NCBI GenBank assembly: GCA_017516825.1
Contig: JAFXBC010000043.1
Location: forward strand, 4,019-68,018
Direction: 5' to 3'
Source: Clostridia bacterium
GTDB lineage: Bacteria > Bacillota > Clostridia > Oscillospirales > CAG-382
DNA: 64,000 nucleotides
Numbering within the stretch: the first letter of the stretch is position 1; each line of letters opens with the position of its first letter. A program made the position numbers and the translations under genes. A model generated the notes under the pieces. It searched no databases. It worked only from the letters and a program-made list of their open reading frames with translations, and was not told the DNA's origin. This document shows, one piece after another, positions 26,710 through 33,825 of this stretch.

Positions 26710-26738
26710 ATAATACCATAATATTTTTCTTATGTCAA
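26710..26738 (-). promoter_or_regulatory. Promoter TTGACA-17-TATTAT for the aromatic operon
   Basis: Read on the minus strand. The leader is only ~30 nt, so there is no room for a T-box or attenuator. Confidence 0.7.
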
Positions 26739-26822
26739 TAGGTTTGCACAAAAAATAAAAAAACAATTGCTTGTGCAATTGCTTGGAATATATAGTTTCT
26801 GCGAAAACCTATTTTATTTCTT

Positions 26823-26895
26823 CCGAAAACGCAAGTTTTCGGCATTGGATTTCTTTGGAGTGCAGAACCTTTCTTTTTCCAAAGAAAGGTTCTGC
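26823..26895 (-). repeat. Bipartite 3'-end hairpin module E7
   Basis: On the minus strand: GCAGAACCTTTCTTT..AAAGAAAGGTTCTGC, linker ACTCCAAAGAAATCCAATG, hairpin CCGAAAACTTGCGTTTTCGG. Begins 13 nt after the stop at 26909. Confidence 0.8.
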
Positions 26896-26908
26896 AAAAC
26901 GTTCTTCC

Positions 26909-28186
26909 TTATACCAACGCAGGCTCTTTTTCCGCCGCCTTCTCTTCGGGAGGCTTTGCGTTGGAAAGCATCAGCTTGATGCGGTTTTCCTGGTTGATCT
27001 TGGTTGCGCCGGGATCGTAGTCCACCGCCACCAGATTCACCTGCGGATACTTCTCCTTCAAGGGCTTCATCATCCCCTTGCCGCAGATGTGGTTGGGCAG
27101 ACACCCGAAGGGCTGTGTGCAGATGATGTTGTTCACCCCGTCTTTGATCAGGGAAAGCATCTCCGCCGTCAACAGCCAGCCCTCGCCCATCTTCACGCCG
27201 ATGCCGATGATCTCCTGTACACCCTGCCGCGCTTCCTCGAAATCCAAGGGGGGATCAAAGCCCTCCTCGGCGATGATGCGGTTCATATCTCCCTGCTTCT
27301 TCAACAGGAATTTATAAACGAAATTCATAATTCTCCGCTTGAACTTACTGCCGCCGTAAAGATCCACGTCTGCCACCATGTTGTAAACGCAGTACAGGCA
27401 AAACTCCATAAGCCCCGGCAGAACAGGCTGTGCCCCCTCGGAAATGAGAAACTCCTCCAGATTGTTGTTTCCCAACGGAGAGAACTTCACGAAGATCTCT
27501 CCCACGATGCCCACCTTGGGCTTCTTCACGGAACGATCCATGGGAAGCTCCGCAAAGGACCTTGCGATCCTGCGGTAGTTCTTCTTGATCCTGCGGTAGC
27601 TGAACCGCTTGCTTACGATGTCGTCGTAAAGCCTGTCCTCCCATTCCTGCGCCAAGGATTCCGTGGCACCGGGAACTGTTTCGTAGGGACGGCATTGATT
27701 CTTCAGATCCATCAGCAGGTCGCCGTAAAGCACCCCGGAGATCCCCTTGACCAGCATTGGCAGGGTCAGCTTGAACCCGGGATTGGATTCCAAACCCGTA
27801 AGGCTCATGGAGATGATGGGCACGTAGGGATAGCCCGCCTTCTCAAAGGCCTTCCGCATCAAAAAGATGTAGTTGGAGGCACGGCAGCCGCCCCCGGTCT
27901 GGAAGTACAGGAAGGCCACCTTGTGAGGATCGTATTTCCCGCTTTCCAAAGCGTCGATCATCTGTCCGATGACCAGAAGGGCGGGGTAGCAAGCGTCGTT
28001 ATGTACGTATTTCAGCCCGTATTCCTTGATCTTCTCGCTTTTGCCGTCCATTACCTCCGCCTTGTAGCCGTAATGGTTCAGAACACGGCAGATGAGACGG
28101 AAATGAATGGGAAGCATGGTGGGCACCAAAATGGTGTAATCCTTTCGCATTTCCTCGGTAAAGAGAACCCGCTTCTTATCTTCCAT
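26909..28186 (-). CDS. 2-hydroxyacyl-CoA-dehydratase-like (HgdB/DUF2229-related) protein, partner of the upstream double ATPase
   Basis: ORF 26909..28219 trimmed to ATG 28186, which follows GGAGGGA. Cys motifs NDACYPA and GGGCRASNY are typical of the acyl-CoA dehydratase activase-related family. Confidence 0.7.
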   Translation of the reverse strand: MEDKKRVLFTEEMRKDYTILVPTMLPIHFRLICRVLNHYGYKAEVMDGKSEKIKEYGLKYVHNDACYPALLVIGQMIDALESGKYDPHKVAFLYFQTGGGCRASNYIFLMRKAFEKAGYPYVPIISMSLTGLESNPGFKLTLPMLVKGISGVLYGDLLMDLKNQCRPYETVPGATESLAQEWEDRLYDDIVSKRFSYRRIKKNYRRIARSFAELPMDRSVKKPKVGIVGEIFVKFSPLGNNNLEEFLISEGAQPVLPGLMEFCLYCVYNMVADVDLYGGSKFKRRIMNFVYKFLLKKQGDMNRIIAEEGFDPPLDFEEARQGVQEIIGIGVKMGEGWLLTAEMLSLIKDGVNNIICTQPFGCLPNHICGKGMMKPLKEKYPQVNLVAVDYDPGATKINQENRIKLMLSNAKPPEEKAAEKEPALV

Positions 28187-31160
28187 TTTGGTTTCCCTCC
28201 TTTCTTGCCCGCTCCTCAAGAGCGCCCAGCATACTGCGGAGACGGATCCGCACGGCCCCCAGATTGGTGATCTCGTCGATCTTCAATTGGGTGTAAAGCT
28301 TGCCCTGCTTTTCCAAGATCGCCCGCACCTCGTCGGTGGTGATGGCGTCCACACCGCAACCGAAGGAGACCATTTGCACCAGCTCCACGTCCTTGTTTTC
28401 CGCGGCAAACTGTGCCGCCGCGTAAAGACGGGAGTGATAGGTCCATTGATTCAATACCTGGACGGGAGGCACCTTTGCCAGATGGGCAATACTGTCCTCG
28501 GACACCACCACGAAGCCCAGGGATACCGCCAGCTTGTCGATACCGTGGCAGATCTCCGGGTCGATGTGATAGGGCCGTCCCGCCAGGATCAAGATCTTCT
28601 TTCCGTGCTTCCTGGCAAAGTCAACGGCCTTCTCGCCCTCCGCTCTCACTGCCGCCATGTGGGCGCGGTAATCCGCCATCCCCTTGGCCACGGCCTTTTT
28701 GCAATCCTTTTTCGTGTGATTTTCCTCCGGCGCGTGCTTTTGCAGGTAGGCGTAAAGCTCCTTTGCACAGGCCTTCTCGTCGTTTACGTTGAGATAGGGG
28801 AAGAAGAACTTCACGTCCTTTACGGATTCCATATTTCCGTTCAACAACTCTGCATAGTAAGCCACCACGGGACAGTTGTAATGGTTATCGCTATTATGTT
28901 CGTCCATATTGTAGGTCAGAGCAGGGTAGAACAGAATGTCGCACCCCTTTTCGATCAGCTCCTCCATGTGGCCGTGCATGATCTTGGCAGGGTAGCAGGC
29001 GGTATCCGAGGGGATGGAATACTGTCCCTTCATATAGGTCTTGCGGGTGGAGAACTCGGAAACCACCACCTCGTACCCCAGGGCGGTAAAGATCCCGTGC
29101 CACAGGGGCAACAGCTCAAAGGTTCCCAAGGCCAAAGGCAATCCCAGCTTCTTTTTGCCGGGCTTGCTTTCCCGGGAGACCAGAAGCTCCCGCTTCCTTG
29201 CGTACAGGTTGGGGAGAGGCTCTCCCTCGGTACGGATGCCCGCGCCCTTCTCGCATTGGTTGCCGGAAATGTATTTTTCTCCCGTGCCGAAGGTGTTCAC
29301 CGTCATATGGCAGCGGTTGCCGCACCCGCCGCAGGTAATGCCCTTGGCGGTATGGGTAAAGACCTGGATCTCCTCCTTTGAGAGCAGGGAAGAAGTCTCA
29401 AGGTTCAAGGACTTGGCGTGAAGTGCCGCGCCGAAAGCACCCATCAAAGGGGCGATCTTTGGGCGGATCACGTTTCTGCCGATTTCCTTTTCAAAGGATC
29501 GCAACACCGCGTCGTTCATGAAGGTACCGCCCTGGACCACGATCTCCTTGCCCAATTCGTCGGCGTTGGCGGCGCGGATCACCTTGTAGATGGCGTTCTT
29601 CACCACGCTGACAGAAAGACCCGCAGAAATATTCTCCACGGAAGCGCCGTCCTTCTGGGCCTGCTTCACCGAGGAGTTCATAAACACCGTGCAACGGGTG
29701 CCCAGATCAACCGGCGCGTTGCCGAATAAGCCCTTCTTTGCAAACTCCTCCACGGTATACCCCATGGATCTCGCAAAGGTCTCGATAAACGACCCGCACC
29801 CCGAGGAGCAGGCCTCGTTTAAGATGATGCTGTCGATGGAATCGTTGTGTACCTTAAAGCACTTGATATCCTGCCCGCCGATGTCCAAAATGAAATCCAC
29901 CTTGGGGTTAAAATACTTGGCGGCGGAATAGTGGGCCATGGTCTCCACCAGCCCCGCATCGGTGTGGAAGGCGTGGCAGATCAGCTCCTCGCCGTACCCG
30001 GTCACACCGCTTCCGCAGATCTTTGCATCTTCATGCATGCGGGAATAGATGATCCCCAGCTGTTCCTTAACGATCTGCACGGGATTGCCCTTGTTGGAAT
30101 CGTAATAGGTATACAGGATCTTGTTGTCCTCGGAGATCAGCACCAATTTCGTGGTGGTGGAGCCGCAGTCAATGCCCAGATACGCCTTCCCGCGGTAGTC
30201 CTCAAGCACACCGAACTCCGCAGTGGCCTTGCCGTGGCGGGCGGAGAAGACCTCGTATTCCTCCTCGTTTGCAAACAAAGGCGGGGTGGTGGAAAGCTCT
30301 TCCTTTTCCCCAACGCTGTTTTGCAGTCTTTGGAACAATTCCTCAAAAGCCAAAGGTTTCTTCTGCTTGTCCCCGTAAAGAGCCGCTCCCAGGGAAACGG
30401 CGTAGAGCGCGTAGGGCGGGAAGGCCGCGTGTTCCTCGTCCAGCTTCAGGGTCTTCATAAACCGTGCCCGCAAGCCCTTGCAGTAGTAGAGAGGGCCGCC
30501 TAAGAACATCACGTTGCCCCCGATCTTTCTGCCCTGGGCAAGACCGGCAATGGTCTGGTTCACCACCGCCTGGTAAATGCTGGCGGCAATGTCCTCCTTC
30601 CGCGCCCCCTGGTTCAGAAGGGGCTGGATATCCGTCTTGGCAAATACGCCGCAACGGGAGGCGATGGGGTAGATACGGCTGTACGCAAGGCTCAACTCGT
30701 CCATCTCATCGTTGGTCACGTCCAGCAGGGTGGCCATCTGATCGATAAATGCACCGGTGCCTCCCGCACAGGAGCCGTTCATACGCTCGTCCAACCCGCC
30801 GTCGAAAAAGATGATCTTGGCGTCCTCGCCCCCCAGCTCGATCACGGCGTCCGTCTCGGGAGCCAGGGTGCGAACCGTTTCCGCCGTGGCGAAAACCTCC
30901 TGTACGAAGGGAAGATCGGCGGAGAGGGCTGTTCCCAATCCCGCAGACCCTGCGATGGCAACGGACACCGTCTTGCCCTTCAGCAGATGGGCGGCGTCTG
31001 CCAGCATGGCCACCGTCTTCTGGCGTACCTGGGAGTAATGGCGCTCGTATTTGGCGTAGAGAACTTGCCCGTTCTCCACGATCACCAGCTTTGCCGTGGT
31101 GGAGCCGATGTCAATGCCCACGGCGGTATTTTTTATAGGTAATTCCTTCATGTTTTCCAT
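28176..31160 (-). CDS. Double BcrAD/BadFG-type ATPase (CoA-substrate-specific enzyme activase type) fused to a DUF2229/dehydratase-like domain
   Basis: Two acetate/sugar-kinase-fold ATPase starts (VGIDIGSTTAKLV and LGIDCGSTTTKLV). Cys cluster CGGCGNRC. C-terminal DTACYPAK motif. The start is ambiguous between ATG 31160 and ATG 31172. Confidence 0.8.
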   Translation of the reverse strand: MENMKELPIKNTAVGIDIGSTTAKLVIVENGQVLYAKYERHYSQVRQKTVAMLADAAHLLKGKTVSVAIAGSAGLGTALSADLPFVQEVFATAETVRTLAPETDAVIELGGEDAKIIFFDGGLDERMNGSCAGGTGAFIDQMATLLDVTNDEMDELSLAYSRIYPIASRCGVFAKTDIQPLLNQGARKEDIAASIYQAVVNQTIAGLAQGRKIGGNVMFLGGPLYYCKGLRARFMKTLKLDEEHAAFPPYALYAVSLGAALYGDKQKKPLAFEELFQRLQNSVGEKEELSTTPPLFANEEEYEVFSARHGKATAEFGVLEDYRGKAYLGIDCGSTTTKLVLISEDNKILYTYYDSNKGNPVQIVKEQLGIIYSRMHEDAKICGSGVTGYGEELICHAFHTDAGLVETMAHYSAAKYFNPKVDFILDIGGQDIKCFKVHNDSIDSIILNEACSSGCGSFIETFARSMGYTVEEFAKKGLFGNAPVDLGTRCTVFMNSSVKQAQKDGASVENISAGLSVSVVKNAIYKVIRAANADELGKEIVVQGGTFMNDAVLRSFEKEIGRNVIRPKIAPLMGAFGAALHAKSLNLETSSLLSKEEIQVFTHTAKGITCGGCGNRCHMTVNTFGTGEKYISGNQCEKGAGIRTEGEPLPNLYARKRELLVSRESKPGKKKLGLPLALGTFELLPLWHGIFTALGYEVVVSEFSTRKTYMKGQYSIPSDTACYPAKIMHGHMEELIEKGCDILFYPALTYNMDEHNSDNHYNCPVVAYYAELLNGNMESVKDVKFFFPYLNVNDEKACAKELYAYLQKHAPEENHTKKDCKKAVAKGMADYRAHMAAVRAEGEKAVDFARKHGKKILILAGRPYHIDPEICHGIDKLAVSLGFVVVSEDSIAHLAKVPPVQVLNQWTYHSRLYAAAQFAAENKDVELVQMVSFGCGVDAITTDEVRAILEKQGKLYTQLKIDEITNLGAVRIRLRSMLGALEERARKEGNQNGR

Positions 31161-31265
31161 AGTTATGGCCATTCCTTTCGTAGACCGCCCCCGGCGTGCG
31201 GTCTCATGTTTGAAAAAGGATCCCTTTTTCAAACTTTTTCCTCGAAGGTAAAAAAGCATATCCTC

Positions 31266-31294
31266 ATTCTATATCCTTCCCGTGAAAATTACAA
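31266..31294 (-). promoter_or_regulatory. Promoter TTGTAA-17-TAGAAT for the ATPase/dehydratase-like pair
   Basis: Followed by a ~90-nt leader with two hairpins (palindrome around 31209..31233, and GACCGC..GCGGTC around 31181..31201). Confidence 0.5.
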
Positions 31295-31366
31295 GGAAAG
31301 ATTGTGAAAAAATTGTGAATGGCAAAAAAGGACACCTCCGCCGTTGCGGTAGTGCCCTTTTTCCTC

Positions 31367-33007
31367 TTATTCAACAGAGATCACGTAGTAATACAACGGC
31401 TGTCCGCCGGAAAGCAAGGCGATCTCCGTGTCGGGAGCCTTACTCTGCAGGAACGCAAGAGTCTCGTTAGCCTCCGCCTCGTCCACGTCACTGCCGTAGA
31501 AAACGGTGATGAAGGACGCTCCGTCCAGCTCGGGAAGCATTTTCTCAAGACATTCCGTCCGGCTGTCTGCAACGTAACGAACCTTATGCTCCACCAAACC
31601 CAGGATCTGACCGCAGGTCACGGCCTCGCCGTCCACGGTGGAATCGTGAGCCGCGTAGGTCATGTCCAAAGTCTTTACAGACTTCAGCGCCTCCAACATC
31701 GCTTGCTTGTTGTCCTCGGCAGAAGCGTCGGGATCAAACTGCATCAAAGCGGTGATCCCTTGAGGAACGCTCTTGGTGGGGATAACGAATACGTTTCTGT
31801 CCTCTACGAACTTATAGACCTGCTCCGCCACCAGACAGATGTTGGAGTTGTTGGGGAAGATAAACACGTTCTTGGCGGGGGTCTGCAAAACCGCCTCCAC
31901 CAGCTGATCGGTGGAAGGATTCATGGTCTGACCGCCGCTGACGAAGCTACTTACGCCCAGGTCCTCAAATACGCTCTTCATGCCGTCCCCCATGGTCACG
32001 GCAACGAATCCGTATTCCTCCTCGGGAACAGCCGCCGCGGGAGCTTGTTCCTCCTCGGCGGGCCGGGATTCGATGAGCTCGCTGTGCTGATTCTTCATAT
32101 TCTCTACCTTAACGGTGTAGAGAGAACCGTACTTCAATGCCTCGGAAAGCACTCTGCCGGGATCCTTGGTATGGACGTGGATCTTGATGATCTCGCTGTC
32201 CTCCGCGAACACTACGGAGTCACCCATGGAAAGCACGAACTTGCGGAACTTCTCCACGCTGCCCTCACGGCTGTATTCCTTGCTCTTGGTGACGATACAT
32301 TCCGTGCAATAGGGATTCTCAATGCTTTCGGTATCGAAGCTTGCAAAATCGGCGCTTTCGCGGATCTCGGTCTTCCCGGTGGATTCCACGGGGGTGCCCT
32401 TCAAATAAGCGCGCATACCGCCCAGGATCTCAAGGAAGCCCCGTCCGCCGGAGTCTACCACGCCCGCCTGCTTCAGAACGGGAAGCATATCGGGAGTCTT
32501 CTCCAGGGTATCCGCCGCAACGTCGTACATACGGTCGAACAGCCCGATGAGGTCCAGACCCTCCGTCTCAAATTCCGTACAGCTTCTCATGACGGTGAGA
32601 ATGGTACCCTCTCTGGGATACTGCACCGCCTTGTAAGCCTCTTTTACACCTTTTTGGAACGCGGCTGTTACTTCGGGAACACCCGCTTCCGTTACCCCCT
32701 TAAACCCCTTTGCCAAACCGCGGAAAAACAGCGAAAGAATAACGCCGGAATTGCCTCGTGCGGCGCGCAAGAACAAGCTTGCCGCCTTATCGGCGCATTC
32801 GGAAAGACTGCCCGTCTGCCCGCTCAGATCTCCGGCAGGCTTCATAGTCATGCTCATGTTGCTGCCGGTGTCTCCGTCGGGGACGGGATATACGTTCAAC
32901 CGGTTGATCAGATCTTTTTCGTTGGCCAGGGCGTTTGCACCGGAGCGGACCATGCCCGCGTATTCGGTACCGCCAATCACGGTAGGAACGTTCGCTACTT
33001 CATTCAT
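31367..33007 (-). CDS. yloV: DAK2-domain fusion protein YloV
   Basis: N-terminal DAK2 motifs (VYPVPDGDTGSNM, ARGNSGVILS) plus the DegV-like C-terminal half. Confidence 0.9.
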   Translation of the reverse strand: MNEVANVPTVIGGTEYAGMVRSGANALANEKDLINRLNVYPVPDGDTGSNMSMTMKPAGDLSGQTGSLSECADKAASLFLRAARGNSGVILSLFFRGLAKGFKGVTEAGVPEVTAAFQKGVKEAYKAVQYPREGTILTVMRSCTEFETEGLDLIGLFDRMYDVAADTLEKTPDMLPVLKQAGVVDSGGRGFLEILGGMRAYLKGTPVESTGKTEIRESADFASFDTESIENPYCTECIVTKSKEYSREGSVEKFRKFVLSMGDSVVFAEDSEIIKIHVHTKDPGRVLSEALKYGSLYTVKVENMKNQHSELIESRPAEEEQAPAAAVPEEEYGFVAVTMGDGMKSVFEDLGVSSFVSGGQTMNPSTDQLVEAVLQTPAKNVFIFPNNSNICLVAEQVYKFVEDRNVFVIPTKSVPQGITALMQFDPDASAEDNKQAMLEALKSVKTLDMTYAAHDSTVDGEAVTCGQILGLVEHKVRYVADSRTECLEKMLPELDGASFITVFYGSDVDEAEANETLAFLQSKAPDTEIALLSGGQPLYYYVISVE

Positions 33008-33136
33008 ACGTATATCGGGTTCCTTTCTTGATCTTCATTTTACACCCCGAAACGCCCACGCGTGGTCGCCCAAGGTGCAAAGAATCATAGTTGGTGCCGG
33101 GTCGGCACACAGTATGCGAGTATACATACACCCAAT

Positions 33137-33165
33137 ATATTACCAAAAAAACCGCTGTTTGTCAA
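33137..33165 (-). promoter_or_regulatory. Promoter TTGACA-17-TAATAT for yloV
   Basis: Read on the minus strand. Structured leader of ~125 nt. Confidence 0.6.
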
Positions 33166-33207
33166 TAGTCCGCCCCGATAAAGTTTCGGGTGCAGGGGGA
33201 GAAGCTT

Positions 33208-33624
33208 TTATCGGATTTTGACAGAAAATTCCCCTTTACAGCGGGGACAGCACACCGTATGCTCTCCTTTTCTGTAAGGCAACCGAAGCTGCGCTTTGCA
33301 TAGAGGGCATACCTTGTATACGTGCTCCTTGTCCGCCTTTTGCTTCTTTCGCATCTTGGAATTTCTGCGGAATCTCCCGAAGAAATTGCGAAAGGCTTGG
33401 TTTTCCGCCCGTCTCTTTGCCACGTTGCGGGAGAAGAAGCGGAAGATGGCGTATCCGAACAAGCCCAAATAAAGCAGGGAGCAGAGCAGGCTGTCCCAGA
33501 ACATCCCCAGAACCGCAAGGACCAGGGAAGACCAGATGCATACGTTGTAAATGGTATCCGGACCGTTTCTCCCTACGAGAAAGCCCGCAAGCCGCTGACG
33601 GAAGGGCGGTCTGTTTCGAAACAT
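33208..33624 (-). CDS. Membrane protein with C-terminal zinc ribbon
   Basis: ATG 33624 follows AAGGAG. Two TM segments, then CPLC ... CCPRC. Confidence 0.6.
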   Translation of the reverse strand: MFRNRPPFRQRLAGFLVGRNGPDTIYNVCIWSSLVLAVLGMFWDSLLCSLLYLGLFGYAIFRFFSRNVAKRRAENQAFRNFFGRFRRNSKMRKKQKADKEHVYKVCPLCKAQLRLPYRKGEHTVCCPRCKGEFSVKIR

Positions 33625-33757
33625 GGTGATCAATCTCCTTTGTCATAAACGTCTACCATATCATACCAAACGAAATACGAATAAAATATGAAGCCATTGC
33701 AAACATTTATACAAATTTGAAGGGCTTTTTTAGTTGAATTTGCCGTGGGGATTCCTG

Positions 33758-33786
33758 TTGACTTTTTGGCGGAAAAGGAGTATCAT
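33758..33786 (+). promoter_or_regulatory. Promoter TTGACT-17-TATCAT for the NAGPA surface protein
   Basis: Read directly. Confidence 0.6.
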
Positions 33787-33825
33787 AAAAGCATAAATAA
33801 GAAACGCAAAAAAGGAGATTTTCTT

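Noticed and set aside
33236-33646. An alternative 136-aa frame overlapping the zinc-ribbon membrane protein gene.
   Set aside because: Arg/Pro/Gly-rich with no ribosome-binding site. The 33208..33624 frame has an AAGGAG-spaced ATG, TM helices and paired CxxC motifs.
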